Positions 1 through 13,501 of a stretch of 64,000 nucleotides of DNA are shown here, one piece after another. The first letter of the stretch is position 1. Every line of letters starts with the position of its first letter. The stretch lies in NCBI GenBank assembly GCA_030704615.1, contig CM060732.1:32798001-32862000 (forward strand), written 5' to 3'. Below the pieces are notes generated by a model that made no database searches, had not been told where the DNA came from, and saw only the letters and a program-made list of their open reading frames with translations. The translations under genes were made by a program, and so were the position numbers. Source of the stretch: Takakia lepidozioides. Taxonomy: Eukaryota > Plantae > Bryophyta.

Positions 1-456
1 GCCCCCATGTCACAGACTCAGGGAAGTTTTCTGCCTAACTTCATTTTGGTATCTAAAGAGAATGTACTCATAAGACGTTGTTTGCCGTATCTAAAGAGTG
101 GGTAAACCATTGAGGTCATCCATGATGGCCACCCCTATGTCACAGACTCAGGTTAGTTTTCTGCCTAACTTCATTTTGGTATCTAAAGAGAATGTACTCA
201 TAAGACGTTGTTTGCCGTATCTAAAGAGAGAGAGAATGTACTCATAAGAAGTTGTTTGCCGTAGACTTGTGGCCATTGACCCCGCGCCCAGTTTGAGCGG
301 AAACCAGAGGGACAGAACCTACCTCTGTCAGGGGCTGACATTGGGAGTAAGACTTACCTTTATAAATAGAATTAATTTGGGCAAATCACACACAGCAGAT
401 TGATGCTTGTGTGAAGGGATTTCTAGAGGATATCTGGAAAACCCGAATTAATTCTA
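1..456. repeat. Intronic dispersed repeat copy with a local tandem duplication
   Basis: GTATCTAAAGAGAATGTACTCATAAGACGTTGTTTGCCGTA repeated at ~49, ~179 and partly ~232. 232-456 is homologous to 7835-8038 (-), 8487-8690 (+) and 29500-29620 (-). Confidence 0.75.
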
Positions 457-588
457 AAGAGAGAGAGAGAGAGAGAGAGAGTAGAAACCTGGTTGTTACT
501 ATGTCCGCATCTTGCTACCTAAAAGTCCAAAGCAGGATGTGGCTTTCCAAAAAACAGAACCTTTCTGGGAACAGCTAGAACAACTTAC

Positions 589-3500
589 AGGTGGTGCTCC
601 AGCTGCCAGAGTGAAATCAAAACGACGCACAAGCATGGCAAGGGCTGTCACGGTCTGCAATCAAGCCCCCCATCCACCCATGCTCTGCCTTACACATCAA
701 TGACCGCGTATGTGCTGCGCAACAAACTCTCTAAATGCAGGTCTTTTGCAAGTGCTTAGATTAAGGAAAAGAGGAATATATATTTGAGGCAGTGCAGCCA
801 GAGATGGATAGAATCTACCTGCCTCCTGAGCACAATGGCTGTGACCTGCAGACCTCGATGCAATCTTCATTGGCAGGTGCCCACATGGAAGCAACACTAT
901 TTAAGCAAATAGTAGTTTCAATAATATATCAATTAAATGCTATTAAAATGGACTTTGCATCACTGTAACACAGCAGAAGCGGTTTTATCATGAAATGTAT
1001 CCTCCTGTGAATTAATGAAGCTACATGAAGATGTCTGCATACCTCAAATGTAGCAAACATATCTCCCACACACTTACGGGGACCTCCACCAAATGGCAGA
1101 TACCTACACCCCAATTTCAATGTTTGTCATCTGCCATGTTGAAGCAAAGAATGGCGTTTGTGCAAAGCCACAATACTCAACTATTGATTTGCTGTGAACC
1201 TTTAATGGATAGTTTCTATGAAGCAATTGCTCTCTCCCCAGAGGGATGATTAGTTCTTGACAGACTTCTTGACTGGTTCTGCAATAAGGCAAAACTGGTT
1301 GATGACACTGTACTCTTGCAGACCAGCAGTTACAAGGCCATTTGCCAACCAATGATAAAGAAGTAAGGCAGACAGACACTATCTGCTTCCCTTGACCTAG
1401 ATAAGCCCTCTGTCTGTAATGCCAGGGGACAGCATATGACCAACCTACCTGTAGTTTTGATTAACCTCTGTGGGATCTGGCCCATCCAGTGCCCATCGTT
1501 CGGGATTGAAGACTTCGGGGCTATCCCACAAATCTGGCGACCGGTGTAGATTCCAAATTGAGATGAATAAGTCTTCACCCCTGTGAAAGCCAGAAGAAGT
1601 GCATGACATGCATGGCACTCAAGAAAACAAACCAACAAAGCAAACAACATCAAAAACTCCAAACTCCAGGAAATGGCTCATGAAGGTAAGCTGCCACACT
1701 GTTTTGGTCATTGCACCTCAAGGGTTCTGCCAAGGTAAGACAAAGTTGACAGAGAGATTAATTTCATATGCACACTCAGCTCCTATATCTGGCCAACACA
1801 TGCTCAGGAATATATCTCTTTGCAAGGACACTGTTGTACATTCTTTGTTACCATACTATTCAATGTTAAGACAAACATAAGAGGAGAACCTAAGCAGAAT
1901 AGTTCCTTTATGCAGAGCCATGCAACTCAAACTTGCAGCAACTCGAAACAATTTGAGTGTCACGTACGCTTTGATATGATACTTTCCCAGCACATCATTC
2001 TGCAGTGAGCGTCGTATCAATACTGGTGGCTGAGGGTATAACCGCAGTGACTGCCACAGCAACCATAGGCAATCAATCACAAGCACCAGCAACCCGTTTA
2101 GGAAGGCCATTTCTCGAGCACAACCACTGAACATCTTCTGTAAGTGAAAATGAGTACCTCATTGATAACTCGTGTTGCAAACTTCAATTTTTTCATGTCT
2201 TCAATGTTTGGGAGGCGATCTCCCAGGACAGCATCCACCTGCCAGATACATCAAACCACCCTCAAATGCTTGGACTGCAGTCTGCTAATGATGAACCTGT
2301 TTCGGATGTTAGGCTTAGCACAAACACTAAACCTCTGCAGATGAATAGTCCTGACTTCCCTAACCCATTTTGGACCCAAGTCCAAAACAATCAGCCTTAC
2401 GAAGTAAAGTGAACCAAGTACCCATAGAAAGCTGTGTCATGTGTGCCAACAGATGGTCAGTATGACCCAAAAGTTCTACTGTCTCTCTAACATTGGTGGG
2501 TTTCAGACCAAGGTCCGATGACCTGACTGATCACATCCGTGCCCAGAATGCTGTAAGTTAATGTAAAGAAACGTAGGTACGATTGAAACATTAATAGGTT
2601 TTGGACTTAGGTCCGAAACCATCAGCCTTGGGCAGTATAGTGGACCATGTACACACAGCGACTGTCCGAGGTTAGAGGAGGAATTCGAAATATGCACACA
2701 AAGGGTAGACAACGTCAACCTACCTACCTATCCATGATAGAGGAAGACTGACAATAATAACATAAAACATTAATATCATGGAATGTCATTGTATAACGAT
2801 CTCACCTCCTTCTGAAGTTTGGCTGTGACAGCGGGGTTCTGCAAAAACACCAAAGACCCAAGAGCAGGATTAATTGTGCTAGACAGCTTGATATTGTTGG
2901 ATATTTCTTTTAAAATCCTGAAGAATGTCCAATCTCAGGCAAACCCAACTCGTATTGACAGCTTACAGACCAAAAGCAATCTCTCAAGGCTTGTGATATA
3001 CAATAGACACAACATGTAGCATCCGGACCTAACTTGTACTGAATATAAAGGAGTTTTTTCCTTGAATACTTTACTTAAGTGTCCATGGAGGACACGGCAA
3101 CTTACACCTAGAGCACATGCATGAGTAGGTTACGGTGGTCACCTGAGCCAAAAGGTAGAAAGTCCATGTCAATACTGCAGCAGATGTCTCATGGCCAGCT
3201 ATCAACATGGTCATCAGGTCATCCCGCAGTTGCTTGCTTGAAACCTATCCCCATCCATCCATCCTGTCACTAACAACAGCACCCTCACTATTGCAAAGTT
3301 CAGACACCTTTGCGGCCCGATTTGTGTACCACTGAAAGAGACAGCATTGCAGGATTCCTTGGTGTAGGTTATTTGCCCCCTAAAGCATGATTGTGCTGCT
3401 CTATTTGAAGCTCTAGAGCAATGCCAGATGTAAGGCATACTTGCATACAGTTGATCTAAGGTCTGAAGGCTTGACAGCTGTGCACTGAGTCTTGTGTAAT

Positions 3501-6500
3501 ATGGCAGCATGAGGGGCAGAAGCCATACGTCTTCACCAGAAGCCAGTAAGAAGTGGAGAATGCTTGGGTCACGATCATTCATATACTCCTCCTCAAACTC
3601 CACATTCTCCTCGTCCACTATCCGCTGCATGCACATAAGACCTATCCTTTCTCAACAAGTCTTACTGCAAGAACCTGATGAACACATGGGAGAGACTAAT
3701 ACAGACAATGACTCCCCTCCTACATATTGCAACAAGACAACAGCTACTACCAGATACTGCTGATTAACAGTTTGCATCTCAAACCAAACGAGTGTCTCTT
3801 CGGGGCTATACTTCCATTAAATTTAGAGAACACTGCTCTGCTAGAACAGTGGAACCACTATGAGGAGCCCGCACTAACATTAAGCTTCCAGACAGGTCCC
3901 CAAATTCCCAGATATGCGGTGCTAGTGCTCCTCACAGAGACTTCCAAACTACTTCCCTCAGGGAACATGACTGAGACCCTTGTCTCCGCTCTCTTGACAC
4001 TCTAGTGAATTACATTCTTGGAGAAAACCGCTATAACGACTGTCTCCACCTCTCCTGCTAAAAATGCCAACTGTCATCAGCCCTAAGCCCATGTCTCTTT
4101 CAATCCAGGTATTTGACGGGCAGGATATAAACCTTGCAGATGGAAATCAGGTTGTCAAGTGTATCATTGATAAGCTGAAGTGCAGTTGCCACCTTCCGCT
4201 GCCTAGGTAAAAGGTCTTTCAAAATAGGGATTTTCCAGTAGGGGATAAGAGCCATGCTTCTCTCTTCAGCTTCTCGCAAGGCAACATATACTGCCTGTCC
4301 ATCCCAACATTCCTTTCTTTTTAAACAGGCAAGACATATTGATGTTGTGTTGTGTTCTGGGGCCCAATTTCAGACATTGGAAGCCACAATTGCACACAAA
4401 TACATTTTGACGCACAACAGCCATGAGTTTACATGTGGAGAAGCTCAGAAGCATCATCAGTGCTTGTGATACCTCACAAGTTCAGGCTTGATGTGTAACA
4501 AAGCTTGAGAATATGTGAAATGGACAGTAATCAGAAGCCCCCCAGTCACTACACCAGGCAACTTTCTTTTTATTAGTTCCGCATATGAATCAACGTCATC
4601 TAAATAATGTTGTAGTAAAACATGTTCAAATGTTATGGAAAGTCATGCACATTTTGCCTTGATCTTCGGTCCAGCCACTACTTTGGCACTAAGAGGTTGT
4701 AGTCATTTAGTGAACCCTTCCATGAGGACTCACAGTGAACTCCCACTCCTCACCGACACATGGTTAATTGCTGCATTCATGTCAAAGCTCTCAATCTAGT
4801 ATCGTTTGAGCTCCCATACGGAAGTCCAGGTGCAATACCTAACAATGAGTCCACACCTCGACCATTTCTGATCCATCCACTAAAGGCAGGCAGTTCTTAT
4901 TTGCCCGTATCCAGGAAATAGGGAATTATACCAGCAAGGGGTATGGTTGTCCCTATTATTGCACAATTAATTTGACGCCATATTGATAAGAAGACAATAC
5001 TAACCTCCACAATGCCAGTGTCATTAGACAGTGAGTCAAATTCATAGTTGAAAACAGCCTTGCCAATAACATCCAATGTCAACCGCGAAAAAAGTGACTC
5101 CATTTCCACATCCTCACCAATCATTGCTGCTTCATCCAGTTTGTCACATAATAGTTCTGTGGCCTTCCCGAAGAGACCCATCATTGCTGCTACATACTGC
5201 ACATTACAAGATTCCAACACCCAGAACATCCAGACAAGCATATTAGTTCAACGCACATCATCCCCCTGCTCCAGACAACTCTGCTAATACCAACAGGCAC
5301 GGCCCCGTAGTTGACATCCATGTATTCAATTTTCCCCATAAAGTGTGCAAAATTACACAAGGCTATACCAGTTCACGCTTGCGTGAAGGAATTTGCAGGA
5401 AAAGGAGCTCATGGTTCATTCTTAGCAATCCTTTTTATGCGAGATCATCCTCAGGTGAGGCCCCACTGAGTAAAAGCAAAGACTTGCGGACAAACCACAT
5501 TTCCTCACAGATTCTTGTTTCTTCGTCACCCACAACACCTCCTGTGTGTTTAAGGCACTTTAAAAAATAGAACACATCATAAATGCAAACATTACACCAA
5601 TTAACATCGTCCAGTTGTCTACCAACCCCCAATAATCAACAATCACCTTGCGATGAATAGCAGGGACAATAGCTCGCCGACGCACGCGCCAGACTTCACC
5701 ATCTGCTGGAATCAACCCAGTTCCCATGACAAACTCCAAAATTTCTGCCAGCAAACCCTGTGTAGGCAGCCAAGATAGCAGTTGACATTGTCAGTGCTCC
5801 CACACTGAGGTGGTTGAAACATAAGTTGTGGGACCACTGTATCTATTTAATGTATGTCACCAGGAGGGACAGCCCCACTCTATTGAAAACACAGGTAGGA
5901 GTCAAAGGCGGGCAGAACTATAGTCACTCTGTAACGAGTGTGTTTTCTGCCTTAACACAGCCATAAGCCATACTGTTGAGGCCATGAGGGACACCCTGTG
6001 GAATACAGATTCACTACAGATGCAAAACACCAAGGACTTTGGAGACCAACTAAAGGCTCCATCAGGTTCTAGAAATCCCAATAAATTGTCAGAAGTTCTT
6101 GAAAACTGGTAGGAAGTGTCATGAAAATACAGCAGTTAGGAAGCAACAAGGCAAAAGGTCTAGTGCATATGGCAACTGAAGGAAAATAAACTCTGAGAAA
6201 CTGACAGTCGCACGCCATAACCAGGGGGAAAGGTGCACCTTGGAGTAGGCCTTGCAGTTGTCTTTGAGGAGATGCTTTGCCACCTGGGGGTCTGATACTA
6301 TAACAAATGACTTCCATATACACAGAGTGGGGCCACGTCAGTCTTCCATCATACCATGTAATAAAGTGAGTGACTCGAAGTGTCTTCACGAGTCACCTGG
6401 CTGAATTAGGGCTATGTGCAGGCCAGAGAAAGAATAAGAATGACCCCACAGATGAATTGCTACGTCAGCCCAAAGACCACTGAGGCCCTCCCTAAAACAT

Positions 6501-9500
6501 CTAGTTACACAAGACATAGAAGGGTAGTGATCTTCAACTTAGGGGTTTGATATGGCTACAAGGCAAAACCACGAGGACATCAACTTCAACCTATGGACCA
6601 TATTGACCACTACTAGAAAACGGACCCAGCTGACATGATAATTCAAATACCGGCCAGTACGATAACTGGAGGCTCTTAACAGGCATATAACATCAATGCC
6701 CCAAACCTATGGGTTTGAGACATTCAATACCCGCTTGAAGTGGTTATAATTCGACAATGGTAAAGGGTGTACATTTTAAGCATGTCCTAATGATCCTTAC
6801 GGCTTACCCCAAGGGGTAACAAATATTATTGGTTTTATGACCTTGTCTAACAGACACATATGCAGTTGATATCCAGGTCGATACCTGGAATCAGTGGGTA
6901 TTTACTCCTATCCATGCCCGAAAACAGTGGGTATCATAAAATCAAAAGCCCGGCCGATATCCAGAACCGGTATCGTAAAACAAAAAATACACCCCGGAAG
7001 CGGCAGGTATCTACAAAAAGTGACACCCACACAACACTGCTTCATACTGATGCTGCATTGAATCCTCTTCTTGAAATGCAAGGTGTTACTCACCCACCTA
7101 CTAGGCGGTGTGTTTCATACAGGAGAATTAACACACAGGGTGCAACTTTCATGTGACAGTGGTTTGCATCAGTTCCTGTGATCACCAGCGCAGTAATAGG
7201 AGGTATAGGCAGCTACACAGGAACAGTGTGTGTCCCCTCCAAAGTATATTGTCGAGTGAGCACTCCAAACTGCTTCCTTATGTCTAGTGAAATACGCTAA
7301 GTGTTAATGAACTTGTAAAATTACAGCCAACCAACACAAGGACACATCACTCCCAAAATCCACATGAAGGTAGCATGAGTGTACCTTAGGTCCAAAGTTG
7401 AGGCGAAACACACCACCATAGGTAAGAAACAAAGTGTAAAGGGGTACAAAAAAGGGTTGCCCAATAACCGCCCTCACATCCCCTTTTGATTCTGGCATTG
7501 TCCGTAATTGCACAATTCGTTGCTGTTCTTCAAGAGTGGCCAGTGCATTGGCCCAGCTCCTTCCAACCGGTCCCAATTTTTCCAGTGCATGCCGGAACTT
7601 ACGCACCCAGTTGCCACTGTATTGACAACAGTTTTCACATCAATAGCAATAAATATCATGGCAGTCATCCATGGTGTTCCTTCCAGACACTACAGTTTGA
7701 ACTTTTCCTCAGAGCCCCACTCTCAAAAACAGGTATATGGAAGGGAGGGAATAGGGTCTTAGGCAAACTGGTATGGCCAACCTCTCTCTATAATGTAGAG
7801 ACTGAGCCAAAGCCCTGGCAGCAGATTGCTCCGCAGCTCACACACAACAGATTGATGCTTGTGATTTCTAGAGGAAATCTGGAAAGCCAGAACCAATTGT
7901 TTATACCAAGGTAAGTTCCACTACTGGGTGAGCCCCTCACAGAGGTAGTGTCTGTTTCCTCTTGTTCCGCCCAAACTGGGCACGGGTCCATGGCCACAAG
8001 GCTACAGTAAACGTCGTCTCATGAGTACATTCTCTCTCGAGATCCGTGGGAGATTCCACTGTCTATTCCGCGGCACTCAATATCAGAAATGCTTGGCAGC
8101 TTACCTGCACGAGGCCTTCACCCTTAGACAATCCCTCGAGCAATAGTTTTATTTTTGGCTCTGGTTTTGTTCCATCTCTCATGTTTTCTTTCCATTTTGT
8201 CCCATAAGCTCTATGAGCTTTCCGCGGACGTTATAAAGTACCATATCATTTCATTTCATTTCATTTCTCTTTGAGCTTCCCACAGGTGTTATAAAGTGTC
8301 ACTTCAATCATTTCTCTCTCTCTCTCTCTCTCTCTCTCTTATAAAGCACCATTTCATTTCATTTCTCTTTGGCGTATGTGTGTTTGTTTGAGCAGCAAAG
8401 AAAGACCTGACACCTTACAGGGAGAAATAGACAATAGAATTTATTCAGGTCCACCACGGAAGGCCCAAAATGTGTATGTGCCAAAGAGAGAGAGACGATG
8501 TACTCATAAGACTTTGTTTGCTGTTGCCTTGTGGCCATAGACTCTGCACCCAGTTTGGAAGGAAACCTAGGGAATTGGTACTACCTTTTCACTCCTGTAG
8601 TGTGACTTACCTGGGTGTAAGCAATTAGTTCAGGCTTCCAGATTTGTTTCAGTTTCGAGATGTAATTTTCAGGGAAGTGTTTGTGTTGACACTACTTTGA
8701 TGAAACAGAATTATCATCATAGAGAAGGACTATGCTCAGACATTTACTGTGGGCAGAGATCTCTATGGTTTTAAGCCAGCACTCATTTGCTTAAGTAAAG
8801 GCTAAGGCTGACTTGGAGGTCATTGACCTACAGTCCACATGCTAGAAAGGCATGAGGTACCCATGCAGCACGCGACCTGAAGACCTAGTGCATAAGCCCA
8901 ACAAGGAAAGAAGTTACAAAAGCAGTCATCCTGCCACCAGAAGATATGCATACCTTGATGATACCGTGAATTCTCCAGCGGCTATGCGGTTTGCCAGTTC
9001 AACTTGGCTTTGCTGGATCTGGAGCCTTTCCAAAGTTTTTTCATCATCTGGCTTCTCCTCCTCAACTCCAGTCAAGCCAGCCCTAGCCACTCTTGCATGC
9101 CTTCCACTCACTGTGAGACCCACCAACGTTTTAGTACCTACGAAGTTGTGCATACTCATTTCGTCCACAAATTTAGCAGTAAGTCATGCCCTCAGTGAAA
9201 GACTTGACAAGAGACAATGGCACACTGGTGTGAATGCCGGGCCAATAGAATTAGCGATATCAATCAAAAGCAGACTCCAACAGCATTCATCTCTCCCACA
9301 ATTCGGCAAACTTAGAGAATGATCTTTACTGCTGTCCATGACACCGGCAGCTATTTGTCCTCCAATTGCTGTACCACTGTTCCACGAGATTGCTGAGCGT
9401 AAGTAGTAGAATGTTGTAAGCCAGCAGCATCATGCAGCGAGCTACTGGCCATGTCGTGTAAAAAAAAAAAAACCCCAATTCCTTGGCGTTGCGAGACTTA

Positions 9501-9721
9501 CGTTTCACTTGCTTGCCGACCTGCAATTCTTTTCCAAAGGTATAGCAACGTTGCTCAAGACTTGGCCTCCTCAGATTCCAGGTAGCAGCACCACCGCAGT
9601 TTCTCAATGACGCTGGTGAAACTCTGTTGATCTGCAAACTGGAGCTGCGTCCAGCCACAGCACAGGGACTTGCCAGGCATTGCTCCCAGCCAGTGACCTT
9701 CACTGCCATGGCTACCTCCAT
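589..9721 (-). CDS. CYP97A: Cytochrome P450 CYP97A (carotenoid beta-ring hydroxylase, LUT5-like); last exon lies beyond position 1
   Basis: GT-AG exons read by eye: 9721-9502, 9110-8954, 7616-7385, 6310-6239, 5757-5647, 5196-5005, 4294-4133, 3624-3529, 3244-3143, 2838-2806, 2238-2158, 2050-1968, 1580-1449, 1103-1043, 654-589. Motifs: [12 protein letters not shown] (CYP97A N-terminal signature), I-helix [10 protein letters not shown], ExxR (E|SLRLYPQPP), heme [10 protein letters not shown]. Confidence 0.93.
7835..8038 (-). repeat. Dispersed intronic repeat (same family as 232-456)
   Basis: Reverse complement reads AGAGAGAATGTACTCATGAGACG...CCTTGTGGCCATGGACCCGTGCCCAGTTTGGGCGGAA...ACTACCTCTGTGAGGGGCT...ACTTACCTT. 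Confidence 0.75.
8487..8690 (+). repeat. Dispersed intronic repeat, diverged copy, inverted relative to 7835-8038
   Basis: ATGTACTCATAAGACTTTGTTTGCTGTTGCCTTGTGGCCATAGACTCTGCACCCAGTTTGGAAGGAAACC...GACTTACC. Confidence 0.65.
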
Positions 9722-10221
9722 TGCGAGAGAAGAGAGGAACCGCAATTGGGCATTGCCAAGCTGCTTGCCGTTCCGCTTCCTTGAGTGCAGTACACAACCG
9801 GCAATCGAGCATAAGCCTTCTTAGTGGACGCCCATCATCTTAGCAGCCCTGTTTCGTGAGGACAGCAGACACAACATACAGTCAGGAATATAACAAGTGT
9901 TCGAAAGAAGCGGACCCACTGAAGGCCAAGTCGTGTGGTGCTCAACAGAACTGCAAAGTATCACTCCTATCAATCTGAGCTGACACACTTTTCGCAATAT
10001 ATATTATGGTACTTGAATACCGCAGGGAATCATCACTACATAGTTTGGAGATAGAAGCTCCGTTTGCTTATTGCCCAAAGCATGGCAGGGCCGCAAACAT
10101 TGGCCATCAACACCCAACAGCCTTCCATCCAAGCTTTTTGGGAGGTGAGAAAACCTCGTGTGGATAATAAAGTTATCCGTTAAGCCCTCGCGATGGGTGC
10201 GTTCCGTGAGTGTGGCCAAAA

Positions 10222-10381
10222 GACACGTCAGTGAATATGAGCAAAATGCAAGCGAAGGCGAAACTCAGAATAGCGGGAAAAAGCAGCTCAAACTTATTTG
10301 ATCCGCGCCACGCCCTCTGTGCCACGTCACCAACATGTCACCACGTCACCACCTGCCTACACCACGTCACCGACACGTCAC
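10222..10381 (-). promoter_or_regulatory. Cluster of five TGACGTG bZIP-type ACGT elements upstream of CYP97A
   Basis: CACGTCA occurs at ~10224, 10323, 10342, 10363 and 10374, about 500-660 bp upstream of the CYP97A ATG. Confidence 0.5.
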
Positions 10382-10487
10382 TGCCCTCCTGGAACTGGAG
10401 CTTTCATGATCTCAGCCTGGACCTTCTTACCGTTTTTCAGAGCTCCTGGGCTGGGCACTACAGTGGTTGAATATGCGGGAGCATAAC

Positions 10488-11244
10488 GTACGTCAAGTGT
10501 TGGAGACTATCGCAAATCGAAATGCGGTCTCACTGAATGTATGGGTGTGGGTGTGGGTGTGGGTGGGAGGCTTTCGAGATCTATGAGCGATTGATGCAGG
10601 ATAGGGTGAAACCCGACTGGGTCGTGTTCATTTGGAGCATCAATGCGTGTGGCAGCCCTCGGACCCTGGAAACGGTCAGAGAGGTACATACTGAGATCAT
10701 GAAATCTGTACAAGCATGGCAGCTTTGGGGAAGGACAAAGAGCATGCCTGGCAAAGGACAAAGGTGCATGCTGACAGCAGCATAAATAGAATTGCGCCAG
10801 ATGCGACCCTCGGAACACCCTTGTTGATATGTGTGCCGAATAAACGCTGCACGTCAACTGTTTGACAATGTGGATCAGCGAAATTTGGTCTCCTGGAACG
10901 CAATGATGGCAGGATATGCTCAGCCTGGGTGTGCCCTCACACTTTTTGAACAAATGCAACAGGAACGCTTGAAGCCAGACAAGTCCCACCTTTGTGTCTC
11001 TTCTCTCTGCATGTAGCCCCGGGGACTTTGTTGATGAAGGTCGTCACTTGTCACTATTTTGATACTACGAGTCGAGATCATGGCCCCACTCCCACAGTGG
11101 AGCAAATTGGCTGCATGGTGGACTTCCTTGGTCGTGGAGGGTGCTTGGATGAGGCAGAGCACTTCATTAAAAGAAATGCCACTGGAACCAGTTGCTTCGG
11201 TGTGGGGGTCCTTGCTAGGTGCCTGCAGAATTCAATGGCAATGA
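10488..11244 (+). pseudogene. PLS/E-class pentatricopeptide repeat gene remnant
   Basis: Fragments in different frames: MQDRVKPDWVVFIWSINACGS; AARQLFDNVDQRNLVSWNAMMAGYAQ; CMVDFLGRGGCLDEAEHFIK; MPLEPVASVWGSLLGACRI. Frameshifts and deletions between them. Confidence 0.85.
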
Positions 11245-13501
11245 AAGAACACTTAGTTGGTTCAAACTTGAGGGGAGAAAGGTCATACATAGTTCATCAT
11301 TAAGTTTTGTAATCAATGATGAACAATTTGTATATCAAGTGCAAGAGTCAGTGATGCGCACAGCTGCCCAGGTTGTTGGCACAATTTGAGTGTGATCTCC
11401 AAAGAGCAGAGGTGAAAGTCTGGAGAAACCTTATTGCAGAGGGGTTATTCAAAAACTTTTTGCAAGGAACAGCAGACATGAAGAGAATGTGGAAGATATG
11501 TTGGGTGGAAATTGTGGACCAAAGAAGGCTCAACAAGGAATCATGAAAAGATGATGAAGAATGGGTGGTTGCGGGTGGTATTCTTTGGAGTGACTGGATG
11601 CCTTGACACCTATTTCTATTGACTGGAACTGTTTCTGTGAACACCAGAAGGCTACAACTTTGAGACTTCAGCTTACAGTTTTGAAGTCTGTTGTGGGCAC
11701 TTCATTCCAACTCACTTTCCAACAATGGGCATATGAGGGGAGCCAGTAGTCAGAGTCCCCTGGCACGAATGTTTCTGCCCATGAGATTTGAGACAATTGA
11801 CATAAATAGGCCACAATGTGACCAGCATAACAACTGCCCCTAGTCACTGTCTGAGACAGGTTGCCATTGCAGAGAGGCTCTGACTTGAGATTCAATTTCA
11901 GCTGACTCAAGGTAATTTTGAAACTAGTTGGCTGATTTTTATGCTATCAGCATACAGATTGCACGGTTCCTTCTGCATCTGCATCTCATTGTTCATGGAT
12001 TACTGTATGGCAATATGACAACATGATGAGTCGGACACCAGTGCAACCTTTCACTGGAAAAGTTATGGAGTCTCTCCACATGAGCAGTAGACAAATCATA
12101 TTGAACAGCCTAGTAGTGATTTCAAGGAGGTATTTCATGTAACTTGGCAGATCAACAACACAATTTACACAACAGTAATGCAAGCCTCAGCAATCATTAT
12201 AGAAACTAGGGACAAATGGGTTTCTTGACTGTGGTGTCATTGATTCCTTCTACCTTTGTCAAGGGCTGGAGGGGATTTCAAATTGGTGACTCTTGAGTTT
12301 ATCCCACTGTCTCTGCAAACAAGAGTTGGGTCCTTGATTCAATTTCATCTAAACCTGAAGGGCCTTTCTTTCTTGGCAATTCCTGGTGCCCGATGGCCCT
12401 CAGTCCTGATTGCCGCTACCTGGTTGTGTAGCCACAATACATGTTGATCTAACAATCACCCAATCTCAAGTGATGGTCCACACCATGGCGCCTTTCCGGT
12501 TTTGAATGTATACAGGAACCACCAAACGCTTGTTGCCGAGACTTCACAAAGTTCGAGTTGAGAAGCAAGTTTCTACTCGTCATTCCGATAACATGGGAAA
12601 CCGTCTCCCTGCCACAAGCGAGATGTTGACTTCGGATATGAAAGGGCCTGAGATGCTGGAGACGAATAACAAAAACCCTAGCTCAATATTGGGAACCGAT
12701 TGGGGATATGCAAGACCTGAATGATGCTGGCGCAAGACAAAAGAAGTGGGGTGCTACTTGGCTTACTTACAAGACTCGCTCCAACACACCTCCGCTGTGG
12801 CCCCACCACAGAGGCACTGTAGGCACACAGAAAACGAAGTAAGAGATGAGAACGGAAGCAGCTGATGAGAGTCAAATGACATGTGTTGAAATCTGCGCAG
12901 AGCAGGCTGGCATCTTGTGCGTGGCAGCAGAATGTGCCCCCACTATCCTTCCTGCATATGTGGCAAGCAGACCAGAGAGCCACCTGTTGTGGAATCCGAG
13001 AATTTCTCGACGCTCTGGTGGATGGTAAGATTGTGTAACTCAGGCCTCACTGTTTTCAACGTTTCATCTTTGGTAACCGCTCACGAAACATCTAGGATGG
13101 CCCAATGAAAGTGGGAAGAAGCTTTTGATCCGAATGACAATGGTGCTTGAAGCATGAAATTTTGGGTCAGGCTTGGTTTATCGGATGTGGTTGATGACGT
13201 CCTCGGACTCGTTTTGTTCGCTGTAGGCAAAAGCAAGGCCGGTAAATGTGGCTTCAACCTATTGGATTGGCGGGAGAGATGGATCAGTCTGCACCATTAT
13301 CGCAGAGTAGTCTTCACTGAGCGGCAAGGGCAAGACGCTGCACAGCAGACCTGAGGTGCTGGTCATCACTCGTCCGAATTGAGCTGCATCAGCTGCCCCA
13401 GCTCTCTTGTACTCAATAAATATCCCAAGTTCTCACGAAGTATCAAACAGTAAGAGCTTCTTTGAATTTTAGGTTGGACAAGCCAGACCGCTAGTGCCGT
13501 G

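Noticed and set aside
11348-12460. Minus-strand coding-looking fragments
   Set aside because: Short, stop-riddled and with no family I can recognise.
12480-13150. Possible minus-strand LINE remnant (CHICRK...)
   Set aside because: A single weak Cys motif is not enough to call.
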